Below, piece after piece: positions 1 through 9,380 of a DNA stretch of 20,000 nt; positions within the stretch are counted from its first letter, which is position 1, and each line of letters begins with the position of its first letter. The notes beneath the pieces were generated by a model. It saw only the letters and a program-made list of their open reading frames with translations, searched no databases and had not been told where the DNA came from. The DNA is taken from IMG/VR virus record IMGVR_UViG_3300035214_000047. One strand, given 5' to 3'. The position numbers and the translations under genes were made by a program. Source of the DNA: an uncultured virus (IMG/VR IMGVR_UViG_3300035214_000047). Lineage: Duplodnaviria; Heunggongvirae; Uroviricota; Caudoviricetes.

Positions 1-80
1 CTTGTATTTACAATAGCATTTGAACTTATATCTCTTTGTAAACTTTCAAACTTCAATACTTTAACCAAATTGTTTATCAT
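1..80 (-). CDS. Small hypothetical protein downstream of the VrlC-like gene (5' part only; runs off the window)
   Basis: ATG at 80, 4 nt after the VrlC-like stop. Reads MINNLVKVLKFESLQRDISSNAIVNT... with no stop to position 1. From memory it resembles the small 'KV...L.RD..S.AI.NT' protein that follows VrlC in marine T4-like phages. Confidence 0.65.
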   Translation of the reverse strand, partial: MINNLVKVLKFESLQRDISSNAIVNT

Positions 81-84
81 TTAA

Positions 85-3000
85 TTATATCGCAAGCGCA
101 ATTCCTCTCATATCTCGTACTATTGGTGGATAAGAACTATTGTTTCCTTTTAATACTATTTTAGTTTGGAATGCTGTAAATGTATTTACATTACTTGCTG
201 AATATTGATATTCTCTAAAGTCATCATCAGCTTCAGAAGCAGTAACCGTTTTGTCTGCTTCACCAGCAGTATTAAATGGTGTCCAGTTAATCTCATTTAT
301 ATTTCTAACTTCATCAGCACTTGTTGTTCTATAATAAACTTCTACTTTAGCACTTGTTCTTACTACTTGCGTCAATCTAATATCTAACGCTGTTGAGTTG
401 TTTGTTAACACTACAGGTTTTGTAATATATTTTGAAGCACTTGAAGAACCATTAGCTGCTGTTTCTGATTGAAACGAAGGTGTATTTCCTGAAGTTGGAT
501 TATTTAATCTGTTTGTAATACAAAAAACACTTCTTCTAGCTAAGTCAATAATTGGAGAAATTTTTGGATTTGTTGTTGACATCTCCATAATAACATAAAA
601 AGATTTTGCACCAGCCATACGAGTAGTTTCATTTGGTGTTGACATAACTGCTTGTGGTTGAGTAAAGTATATATCATCTGCCAAAGTAACCGATTGTCTA
701 TTAGCTTCACTAAGTAAACTATATGGTGTTTGTGTTCCGTGAATTGATTTTGATGTTGTTGTTCTTACAAATGGAACAATTGAAGTTCCAGGAACTGATA
801 GTGATTGTAGACCACCTAAATTCAATACATCAAATTGTCTATTTTCTGTAGCAGTAACCGCTGTACCTCCAACATCTCCTGATGAAGTTGCAGTTCCGCT
901 AGTTGTTACATCATAAGTGTCTAAAGTTACATTTGTTATAGCAGTATAATCACCATTAATATCTGTATGAGCAATACCATTGTGAGTACCATTTGGAACT
1001 CCTGCAATAGTAACACACGAATTTGTATCGTGTAAATTATGATTTTTATGATACACTCTAACTACACCAGAACTATTTGTTGTTCTAATTGGATTTTGTT
1101 TTAATGTTTTAGCACTTAAAGTTTTATTTGATAAGTGAACCGTTCCAGTAACAGCAGAAAACTCACATCTTTTCATTGTGAATTTAATATCTTCGTTATT
1201 CTCAGCAGTCCAAGTTGAACCATTTTGAGATTTAAACATAACACCAGCATATGGTTGTTTTGATATTGTTCTACTAGAACCTATATTTGTTTCGCCTAAT
1301 CTCGCAACATAAGTTTCATAATCATTTGAGTTAGACATAATAACAAAAGAATACTCTACTTGGTCTTGTATATAAACAGGACTAGGAAAAGTAAATGTTG
1401 TTTTTACTGAAGCGTCTGAACTTGTATTAACAGCAGAAGGAATTAAAGTAACTTCTCCAAATGGAAGTATTTTACTTCCAGGATAACCATTAACCGTATT
1501 TCTAATTTGTACGGTTACAGGAATATTTGCGTCTTTAGTAGAGAAATATAAATCTATAGAAGATAAACATACTCCACCCTTTTCATCTGTCATAAAAGTT
1601 TGTGATAATGGGTCAACCCATCCAACCGTTTGTACTACTTGTCTTGTACTTGTTCTAATAACCGATTGTTGGTCTGTTACCGTTGTGTTTACACCTCTAA
1701 ATTCTCTAGTTGAAACAATTGTATCTCTAACCGTATTCAATAGACCTCTAGCAATATATTCAGCATTAGCAGCTGTAGAAACAGCAGCAGCATCCATAGA
1801 GTTAGTACTTGATGAAGTTAATCTAAATGTTCTTTCACCTGTACGCCATCTTGGATTTGTATCAATTTTTGGATCAGGTATTGAGAAAACACCAGATACA
1901 GCACCATTAGCATCCGTAACTAAATTACCTCCAAGTGAACCACTTGTTGGAGTTACATAAGAAGTTATATCTACATTATCAAAGAAAGGATAAACTCTAG
2001 CATTTGGTTTTAATCTCGTTGCAACAAAAGCAACATCCCTGCTTCTAATAAATGGAACAAAAGCAACATCAATTACTCTATCTCCCATACTTGTTCTAAC
2101 CGTTTGAGGTACAGCAGTTGTTGTAATTCCTGTTCTACTTTGGTTAACTTGGTTGATAGAAGTAATGTTAACTCTTTGTCTAACTGCTCTACCGTGTCTC
2201 CAAGTACTACCTGTTCTTTGACTACCAATATCCATTATTGGACTTCCAGTCCAATTTGTTTGCCATTCGTTCCAAACCGTACCAAGTGCTATTTCATTTT
2301 GATTAGGAACTCTTCCTTCTCTTAACAATTGGTCCCAAGCACCAGTAGTAGAATTTACTACTAGTTCAGGTGTTCGTTGTGTTTCTCTCCATTCATCTGA
2401 ACTTGGAGTTAATTCTATTGTTCCCATCCAACTAAAAATTGCAAATGGATTAACATTAATCGCTTTAGAAGCGAAAGGTTGATTAATTAAATCTTTTTCT
2501 ACAAATGGTAATAATAAACAATCACCAATCTTTTGATAGTTAGCAGCCGTTCTATCAGCGTCAACTAAAGCTGTTCCGTCTTCATCTACTTCTTCCAACT
2601 CAACAGCGTCTTGGTTAAAATGAGGTCTTAATTCTCCTTTTGCATAATCAACTGAACATCTGTAATCGCTATTTGTAACCTCACCAATACCGTGACCTTT
2701 AAAATTATCTACTATAAATCCATTTTTAAATCTATCAAAGCCATCAGCGTCTTGTATTTGTAATGATTGAGCAGCAGTTTCTAATAAAGATAATTGAGTA
2801 TAATATTCAACTCTATCAACTTTCTTTTCAATAGAACCAATATCTCTCATTGTATATCTTCTATTATTAATTGTTTCAAAAATTACATCATCCGTTGTTA
2901 AGTTATAAGCAGGTAATGAAATTGTGTATAGGTGCATAGCATTATCAATTATATCAGGCGCTTGTGGTTTAACATCTGGAGCACCAGATAATACTTTAAA

Positions 3001-6000
3001 CTCACCATCTTTTGTTAAGAATAATTTATCTATTCTTCCTTTATAAAATTCGTGGTCTGAATTAACAGAAGTTCCAAATTTAACAATATCAATAGTTGAA
3101 GCACCTGTACCATCATAACTCCTATTTTGTGTACCAGCATTAATTGTAGTTGCGTCATCTACTCTAGGTCTGAAATCTAAACAATCTCTTAATCTATAAT
3201 CGTCACCAGTTGTATCAGAAGTATAAGTTGGAATTAATGTATAATCTATTTGTCCTGAATAACTATCTACACTAAAGAAATCTCCATTACCATGTGTAAA
3301 ATAATTAAATGTAATTAGTAATTGTCCAGTTGGATTTAAACTTCCATCAACTCTTTTTAATCTTCCAATATCATAGAAGTTATCTCTTTGACCATTGTCT
3401 AAAGAAAATCTATCTGTAATGTCTGTATCTCCAGAAACAGGTGTTGTTGAAAAGTCAGCAGCCATTTTAACAGAAGCAAGAGAGTAAATATCAGCTTTGC
3501 CTAAAGAGATAGTACTTGCTTCACAATCTGCTTGAGTTGTAATAGTTGAAGTCGCATTTGAAGTTAAAGTTTTTGTTTTTTCGTTTTGTGCTGTTTTACT
3601 TAAAGTTCCAATAATTTTTACTTTGTGTCCTTGATGATTAGCACCAAAATCTAAAGTTAAAGTACGACCAACAGGTGAACCAGATAACGCAAAACAAGCG
3701 TCACCTTCGTGTTGGTTTCCAGTTGTAGATAATTTATCTCCAACAACACCAGCAGAAGAAGAACCGCCTTTTGTCATTATGGTTACTGAATAATCTGCTT
3801 CTGATTGAGATATAAAAGTCTCTCCAGTATTTGCAGTAATAGTAATATCTCCTGTTGAAGTTAATGTTCCAACAAAAGATTTTCTAACCGTAAATGCAGT
3901 ATCACTTATACCTGAATTTACAATTGTCTTTAATGTTTTAATTGTACTATAAGGTAATTCAAAGATACCAATATTTTTATCAGCTTCTTGTAATTTTGTT
4001 CTTCGTCTAATTACAATTGAACTAGACACAGCAGTTCCACCAATAGCACTTCCTAGTGTTAATGCTGAAGAAGATATAATTTCTATAACTTCTCTTGTTG
4101 TAATTGTTCCACCTGTATCAGCAAATTGGATTGAATCTCCAACTTTTAATTCTGTATTAAATTTAGAATTGAAACCTACTACAGATTGTCCACCACCTGA
4201 TACTGAAATTGTTCCAGATAGTTGTACATTTTCTCCATACGCTGATGATAATTCTGTTTGAGCAGTATAAGTTGGACTTCCTGCCATTGTAATTTCTTTT
4301 ACATCACTAGAACCATAACTTGTAAATGCTTTGTTTTCAAATACATCTGTTTTAGTTGTTGCAGTATTAGAAGAAGTACCACCTGTAACCGTTTCATTAG
4401 GTAAAAAATCTCCTTGTACATTTGATACAACTACTTTAGAAGTTGCAATATTTCCACCTGTACCTGCGCCTGTGTGACCAGTTCCGTCAACAGCAGTTCC
4501 GCTTGAGTCATATAATGCAAATTCTCTTTTAGCAGTACCACCAATTACTTGTTTAACATAATAAACATTATCATTTAATTCTGTTTGTGTACTAACACTA
4601 GTAATTGTTATTGCGTCACCATTTTTAATATCTAAATCAGCAGCCATTGTTATAACAACAGGATCAGCAGCTGTAGATGAAGAGATTGTAGAAGTTGTAT
4701 TTGTAGATACACTTTCAACAACAGCAGTTGCACCAGAAGAAGAACCTGTTAAAGTTTCACCAGTTGTAAATGCTTGGCTAGTAGTAATACCTATATGACT
4801 AAACATTTCTATATCAAATAGATAATGTTTATAAATTTCACTTGTTGATGGACTTATATTTCCTGAACCTGATATTGCGGCTCCTGTACTTGCGTTATAT
4901 TCAAAACCTTTAGATTTGGCACGACCAATATCTAATATTAAATTTTCATTATTTGCAGTAATTGTTCCAGCAGCATAAGTTGGTGAAGAAAGTTTTAATT
5001 GTAATGCTTTAAAGGCTTCTGTTTCTCCTGTTATAAAATTTACATCTGGAGAACCATATACATTAGATACATTAACATAATTTCCAACATCAAATTTTGT
5101 AGGGAAACCACTTTCAGTTCCAAATGTTCTTGCCTTATCTATTGTAACAAATTCGGTTCCTACTTTTTCTATTTCGTATCCTTTAACATATGCTTTTCCT
5201 GGAGATAATCCTAATGCAAGTTTAGTTTCTAAACCACCATTTCCTGATGTATAAATTCCTCTATTATCTCCTGAACTTAAATGTTCTCTAACATCTAAAT
5301 CAAAAGTTCTTATAGTATAATCTCCACTTTCATCACTTGTTCTACGAGCAAGAGTATCTTCTAAAATAGCATATTCAGTACTTCTAACTATATTTTGTAA
5401 AGCACCACTACTTAATCTTAATAATTCTATAAAGTTTGTATCTGTAATTGCAGTTAAAGCAAGTTTACTAAGTGTTAATGCAATTTTAAATCTGTGAGCA
5501 CCTGGAGCATTTACATTTGAAGAACCTTGAGCATTATCTACAAGTGTACTATCGTTGTTAGGTGTTACAAAACTTTCTGTGATTGTTAAACCAATTCTAT
5601 ATGATGGTTCGTTTGTATATTTGTCTAATACTAAAGTTTGTTTATCAACATTAACAGCATACCCATTAATGTAATAAGTACCAGCAGCAACTGAAGCAGC
5701 TGAACCTGTATATGATTCTGTACATACAGCAGTTAGATTACCTAAACTTGCGTGTACTGCTACCATTGATTCACCAGCAACAAAGTCGTTTGTATTATTA
5801 CCTACACCAGTTTTATTATATTTAACATATAAAGTATTTGGGTCAGTTGAAGTTGCAATATCAACAGCAACAATCTTCGCTTCAACAGCAGAAGTTTGTC
5901 CTATTAAAGTAAGTCCAACAAAATCTGATAATGTACTTGTACCTGTAAATGAAGTTAACTTAACAGAATAGTATTGTAAGTCGTAAGTAATCTCACCAGG

Positions 6001-6192
6001 TATCATCTGAGCACCACTTTCAAATATGTGGTTACCCATTTTTTCAATCTGATTTTGTAAGATTGTCTGTGATTGTGTTAACTCTCTAGCCTGTACAGCA
6101 AAAGCTGGTCTGAATAATATTCTATGGAAGCTTTTACTTTCCGAGAAATCATCATAATAAGGCGAGAGATTAAAGTCAGTTGGACTTGGCAT
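85..6192 (-). CDS. Large virion structural protein, VrlC-like / DUF4815 family (baseplate/tail associated), 2035 aa
   Basis: N-terminus 'FNLSPYYDDF...FHRILFRP..AVQARELTQSQTILQNQI'. Also 'TLARRTSDESGDY', 'LSPGKAYVKGYEI', 'RRYTMRDIG.IEK...VEYYTQLSLLE', 'DRFKNGFIVDNF' and 'DPLSQTF', all typical of this family in marine T4-like phages. Lies downstream of gp8; AGGGA RBS. Confidence 0.85.
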   Translation of the reverse strand: MPSPTDFNLSPYYDDFSESKSFHRILFRPAFAVQARELTQSQTILQNQIEKMGNHIFESGAQMIPGEITYDLQYYSVKLTSFTGTSTLSDFVGLTLIGQTSAVEAKIVAVDIATSTDPNTLYVKYNKTGVGNNTNDFVAGESMVAVHASLGNLTAVCTESYTGSAASVAAGTYYINGYAVNVDKQTLVLDKYTNEPSYRIGLTITESFVTPNNDSTLVDNAQGSSNVNAPGAHRFKIALTLSKLALTAITDTNFIELLRLSSGALQNIVRSTEYAILEDTLARRTSDESGDYTIRTFDLDVREHLSSGDNRGIYTSGNGGLETKLALGLSPGKAYVKGYEIEKVGTEFVTIDKARTFGTESGFPTKFDVGNYVNVSNVYGSPDVNFITGETEAFKALQLKLSSPTYAAGTITANNENLILDIGRAKSKGFEYNASTGAAISGSGNISPSTSEIYKHYLFDIEMFSHIGITTSQAFTTGETLTGSSSGATAVVESVSTNTTSTISSSTAADPVVITMAADLDIKNGDAITITSVSTQTELNDNVYYVKQVIGGTAKREFALYDSSGTAVDGTGHTGAGTGGNIATSKVVVSNVQGDFLPNETVTGGTSSNTATTKTDVFENKAFTSYGSSDVKEITMAGSPTYTAQTELSSAYGENVQLSGTISVSGGGQSVVGFNSKFNTELKVGDSIQFADTGGTITTREVIEIISSSALTLGSAIGGTAVSSSIVIRRRTKLQEADKNIGIFELPYSTIKTLKTIVNSGISDTAFTVRKSFVGTLTSTGDITITANTGETFISQSEADYSVTIMTKGGSSSAGVVGDKLSTTGNQHEGDACFALSGSPVGRTLTLDFGANHQGHKVKIIGTLSKTAQNEKTKTLTSNATSTITTQADCEASTISLGKADIYSLASVKMAADFSTTPVSGDTDITDRFSLDNGQRDNFYDIGRLKRVDGSLNPTGQLLITFNYFTHGNGDFFSVDSYSGQIDYTLIPTYTSDTTGDDYRLRDCLDFRPRVDDATTINAGTQNRSYDGTGASTIDIVKFGTSVNSDHEFYKGRIDKLFLTKDGEFKVLSGAPDVKPQAPDIIDNAMHLYTISLPAYNLTTDDVIFETINNRRYTMRDIGSIEKKVDRVEYYTQLSLLETAAQSLQIQDADGFDRFKNGFIVDNFKGHGIGEVTNSDYRCSVDYAKGELRPHFNQDAVELEEVDEDGTALVDADRTAANYQKIGDCLLLPFVEKDLINQPFASKAINVNPFAIFSWMGTIELTPSSDEWRETQRTPELVVNSTTGAWDQLLREGRVPNQNEIALGTVWNEWQTNWTGSPIMDIGSQRTGSTWRHGRAVRQRVNITSINQVNQSRTGITTTAVPQTVRTSMGDRVIDVAFVPFIRSRDVAFVATRLKPNARVYPFFDNVDITSYVTPTSGSLGGNLVTDANGAVSGVFSIPDPKIDTNPRWRTGERTFRLTSSSTNSMDAAAVSTAANAEYIARGLLNTVRDTIVSTREFRGVNTTVTDQQSVIRTSTRQVVQTVGWVDPLSQTFMTDEKGGVCLSSIDLYFSTKDANIPVTVQIRNTVNGYPGSKILPFGEVTLIPSAVNTSSDASVKTTFTFPSPVYIQDQVEYSFVIMSNSNDYETYVARLGETNIGSSRTISKQPYAGVMFKSQNGSTWTAENNEDIKFTMKRCEFSAVTGTVHLSNKTLSAKTLKQNPIRTTNSSGVVRVYHKNHNLHDTNSCVTIAGVPNGTHNGIAHTDINGDYTAITNVTLDTYDVTTSGTATSSGDVGGTAVTATENRQFDVLNLGGLQSLSVPGTSIVPFVRTTTSKSIHGTQTPYSLLSEANRQSVTLADDIYFTQPQAVMSTPNETTRMAGAKSFYVIMEMSTTNPKISPIIDLARRSVFCITNRLNNPTSGNTPSFQSETAANGSSSASKYITKPVVLTNNSTALDIRLTQVVRTSAKVEVYYRTTSADEVRNINEINWTPFNTAGEADKTVTASEADDDFREYQYSASNVNTFTAFQTKIVLKGNNSSYPPIVRDMRGIALAI

Positions 6193-6204
6193 TCATTTCC
6201 CTCT

Positions 6205-7665
6205 TTAAAATTCTATGATTAACTTAACATTCTCCGTTTGGTCAACACTTCGGGTTACTGGCGCTCTGTTTTCAATGTACATTACATCGCCAGAGTCAGC
6301 GTCTATTTCGGAAGTAGAATAACCTGAAACTAAAGAAACATTGTTAACCGTTTCGGTTGTGCCTGTTGGTGTGCCTGTTGCAGTTGAAGTGCCTCCTGTT
6401 ACCACATTGGTACCAGAAAAAGCAGTCATATTTCCATTTGCGTCAACACCTTCATCATCATATCTTGTTTGTATATAATATAAAATTAAATTTGCAGTAT
6501 CCCATTGTACGACTTTACCAACAGCACCTGTATTTGTTTGTGTAATCTTTTCGTCAGCAACAAAAGTTCCTGCACCTGCGTCAAATCTAATTGCTTTAGT
6601 TCCTCTTAATGTTGTTGTACTAGCAGCCGAACCACCAGCTAAAGGGTCTCTAATTAAAGCAACTCTTCTAAAATCGTTTTGTGTAGCAAAGTCTCCAGAG
6701 TTAGCAGTTTCAGCACCTTCAAAAGAAGTATTAAGTATTATAAAGAAAGCACCTAATTCTTCAAATGGGTCAAAACCGTGTCCGCCTTTTGGTTCTGTAA
6801 TTACATCTAACTCAGCACCTATTAAATTTGTACCACCAGCGGCAACAATATCTGCCACTCTAACATATCCAAAAGAATAGTTAATTGGTGTTCCTGTAAC
6901 CACAACCGTAGTAACCGAACCTGAAGCAATAGTTACCGAACAAGTTCCTCCAGAACCATCTCCTCTAATTGCAATGCCTGTATGTGTTCCATCAGTACCA
7001 CCTGTACCAGCAGCCTTAATTTTAATAATTGATATGTCGCCATCTACAGCAGCATTTTGTACAGAAGAGTTTGTAGAAACTCCCATAAAATCTGTTGATA
7101 AGAAATTTGCTTGTGAACTTGCAGATAAAGTAAACATATATTTCCATTTATAACTATCTGCTGTTTCTAATATATTAACACTTTCTCCAGTTGGTTCAAC
7201 CGTTGACGCTGAGTTGTCATTATTGTCTAAACATTTATAGACTTTAAAATTTGTATTCAATACATAGAAGTTTGCGTCATATAAATTTGTTGCTCCTGAA
7301 TTTGCAGATTGAGTAGTAGTAGTACCTGTTATTCTATTACCATAATCGTTTCTGTAAATATCATAAGTTGTTCCTGTTGCCCAATTTATTCTAGGACAAG
7401 CAAAAGCAACATCTGAGCTTGTAATTTTTTTAGCAGCCAGTAAATCATCAAAAGTATCATATTCATCTTGTACTGAATCTGCTGGTGTTATAGGAGCTGA
7501 ATCAGTTCCTATGTTATCTGTCCTTCCATCTGCTCTAGTTTTTGTTCCAAACGCAGTTGGTTTTCCTATTCCTAGGTAATAGACATTTGGAGCTGCCTCA
7601 CCAAAAGATTCCTCAAATTGTTGAGCATTGTTTCGTCTAAATTTACTTGTTATAATTGCTGGCAT
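6205..7665 (-). CDS. gp8: Baseplate wedge subunit, T4 gp8-like
   Basis: 'MPAIITSKFR..NA..F', 'YYLGIGKP', 'PRINW..GTTYDIYR.DY', 'FYVLN..FKVYKCLDN', 'D.YKWKYMFT', 'PKGGHG.DP.EELGA' and C-terminal 'SGDVMYIENRAPVTRS.DQTENVKLIIEF'; baseplate synteny. Confidence 0.88.
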   Translation of the reverse strand: MPAIITSKFRRNNAQQFEESFGEAAPNVYYLGIGKPTAFGTKTRADGRTDNIGTDSAPITPADSVQDEYDTFDDLLAAKKITSSDVAFACPRINWATGTTYDIYRNDYGNRITGTTTTQSANSGATNLYDANFYVLNTNFKVYKCLDNNDNSASTVEPTGESVNILETADSYKWKYMFTLSASSQANFLSTDFMGVSTNSSVQNAAVDGDISIIKIKAAGTGGTDGTHTGIAIRGDGSGGTCSVTIASGSVTTVVVTGTPINYSFGYVRVADIVAAGGTNLIGAELDVITEPKGGHGFDPFEELGAFFIILNTSFEGAETANSGDFATQNDFRRVALIRDPLAGGSAASTTTLRGTKAIRFDAGAGTFVADEKITQTNTGAVGKVVQWDTANLILYYIQTRYDDEGVDANGNMTAFSGTNVVTGGTSTATGTPTGTTETVNNVSLVSGYSTSEIDADSGDVMYIENRAPVTRSVDQTENVKLIIEF

Positions 7666-7688
7666 TGTTTATTTCCTATTTCTAACAC

Positions 7689-7696
7689 TATTTATA
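7689..7696 (-). promoter_or_regulatory. T4-type late promoter TATAAATA (gp55 sigma) upstream of gp8
   Basis: + strand tatttata at 7689-7696 in the intergenic gap; TAGGA RBS follows on the - strand. Confidence 0.85.
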
Positions 7697-7706
7697 CATC
7701 TTTCCT

Positions 7707-9341
7707 TTAAGATAGATTTATTGTACTTCCCATTCCTGCATGACTTGGACATTGATAATATAAGGTTGATGGAGAACTCATTAGAGGACAGAAAGTTATT
7801 GTTCCACTACTCGTTGAATTACCATCTACACCAAAGTTATATGCACTTCCACCACTTGAATATCTAATTTCAAATACATTACCACCACTAGATACCGTAA
7901 AAGTATAAGTGTGACCTCTCTTTAAATAAAGTACAGGATCGTTTTGTGAACCACCACTATTATGAGTTGTAAATCCATCACCTGTAAAAGTAAAATCTGC
8001 TGTTCCGCTATTGCCCACATTAAAATTTGCAGCTACTTTTTGAGCTGGAACATAATCATTTGGTCTCCATATTCCAGTACCACTTACATTTTCATATACT
8101 AATACTTGTCCATATACTGGAGTAACCGTAGTAGTATCAACATCTGTTAGTATATCTACACTATCGTTTTCTGATAATAAGTTAATCCAACCAGAAGAAG
8201 TAGCAAAGTATGCTTTAGTTGTTGAAGTTGATACAGCAAAACCACCAGCATAAGTAGCCGCTGTTGGAAATGAAGCAGTATTTGTAAAATCAAATCTTGC
8301 TTTTCCACCTGAACCAGTTAAATCAAGTTTACCTGTTCCATTAATTGTAAATCCTGCTGAATCTAAATTACCAGCAAGAACTGGACTAGTATCATCACTT
8401 AACTCGGATGTTATTGATGTAGGTTTCCATTGTGAACTTCCACTATTCCAAGTAAGTACTTGGTTATTAGTAGGGGCAGCTGTAGTAGTATCAACATCTG
8501 CTAAAATATCAATTGATGATAATGAACTTGCGATTTGGTTCCAAGCTGAATTAGCAGCAAAGTAAGCTTTGTATGTTGATGTATCAACACCAAATGCACC
8601 TGCATAAGCAGACGCAGGTTGAAAACTTGCAAGAGCAGTAGCACCTTGAGCAATAAATGAACCTATTGTAGCACATCTAAATTTAATATTTCCTGTTGAT
8701 GTACCTGTTATATTTGGGTCATCATAAATTTTGTTTGAAAAAGTTTGTGCGGTTGTTAAATCGGCAACCGTGTCGTCTATTGCTATTGTAATATTGTCGT
8801 CTGATACGGTTGTTCCAATTCCTGTACCACCACCAAAGTTAAGTGCATTGCCTACCGTATATGTATCATCAGTACCAGTATCAGCAGAAAGAGTAATTGT
8901 ACTTCCTACTTGTTTCCAATACATTGCACTTGCGCCATCAGTTGCAAGTACATAACCTGTAGTTCCTGCTCCTGTTGGAAAAGTTAGTTCATCTAACTTA
9001 ACTACTCCTGTTCCGTGTGGAACAAATTCTATATTTTCGTTATTAGCAGAAATAATATTAAAAGCGTTTATATCTAAATCGCCACCAAGCTGTGGACTGG
9101 TATCTACAGATATATCTCCAGCAGCTGCTGAAGCAGTTGGTTGAAATCTACTATTACCTGTATCCCATTGTAAAATTTGGTTTGATGAAGCACCTGCTAC
9201 GACAATTTTTAAATCTGTACCATCTCCAAGAGCTGTATACAATTCAGTTGTATTGTCATTAATTTTATCTCCACCAGCACGAAGGTTATCACCTGTGCCA
9301 TCATTTGGAGAACTTCCTAAATTGATTGTCTGTTTTGCCAT
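7707..9341 (-). CDS. Baseplate/tail fibre connector-like structural protein (gp9/gp10-type N-terminus, internal repeats, C-terminal cupredoxin-like domain), 544 aa
   Basis: N-terminal 'MAKQTINLGSSPNDGTGDNLRAGGDKINDN..ELY' is the gp9/gp10/gp12-type attachment motif. Repeats of 'DTSP.L.G.LD' and 'DIL.DVDTTT..P...QVL'. C-terminus 'LYLKRGHTYTF...LYYQCPSHAGMG'. Confidence 0.75.
   Translation of the reverse strand: MAKQTINLGSSPNDGTGDNLRAGGDKINDNTTELYTALGDGTDLKIVVAGASSNQILQWDTGNSRFQPTASAAAGDISVDTSPQLGGDLDINAFNIISANNENIEFVPHGTGVVKLDELTFPTGAGTTGYVLATDGASAMYWKQVGSTITLSADTGTDDTYTVGNALNFGGGTGIGTTVSDDNITIAIDDTVADLTTAQTFSNKIYDDPNITGTSTGNIKFRCATIGSFIAQGATALASFQPASAYAGAFGVDTSTYKAYFAANSAWNQIASSLSSIDILADVDTTTAAPTNNQVLTWNSGSSQWKPTSITSELSDDTSPVLAGNLDSAGFTINGTGKLDLTGSGGKARFDFTNTASFPTAATYAGGFAVSTSTTKAYFATSSGWINLLSENDSVDILTDVDTTTVTPVYGQVLVYENVSGTGIWRPNDYVPAQKVAANFNVGNSGTADFTFTGDGFTTHNSGGSQNDPVLYLKRGHTYTFTVSSGGNVFEIRYSSGGSAYNFGVDGNSTSSGTITFCPLMSSPSTLYYQCPSHAGMGSTINLS
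8128..8500. repeat. Internal duplication in the 544-aa fibre gene (period 354 nt = 118 aa)
   Basis: Exact 19-mer gtagtagtatcaacatctg at 8128-8146 and 8482-8500. The protein blocks 'PASAYAGAFGVDTSTYKAYFAANSAWNQI...SIDILADVDTTTAAPTNNQVLTW' and 'PTAATYAGGFAVSTSTTKAYFATSSGWINL...SVDILTDVDTTTVTPVYGQVLVY' align. Confidence 0.85.
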
Positions 9342-9365
9342 ATTGTTTATTTCCTACTATCCTAA

Positions 9366-9373
9366 TATTTATA
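9366..9373 (-). promoter_or_regulatory. T4-type late promoter TATAAATA
   Basis: + strand tatttata at 9366-9373, in the gap between gp7 and the 544-aa gene. Confidence 0.85.
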
Positions 9374-9380
9374 CACCGTA

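Noticed and set aside
8128..8500. 19-nt direct repeat considered as a CRISPR repeat, att site or DGR template/variable repeat
   Set aside because: There are only two copies, both in frame in a protein duplication. No spacers, no adenine-specific mismatch pattern, and no reverse transcriptase or integrase in the window.
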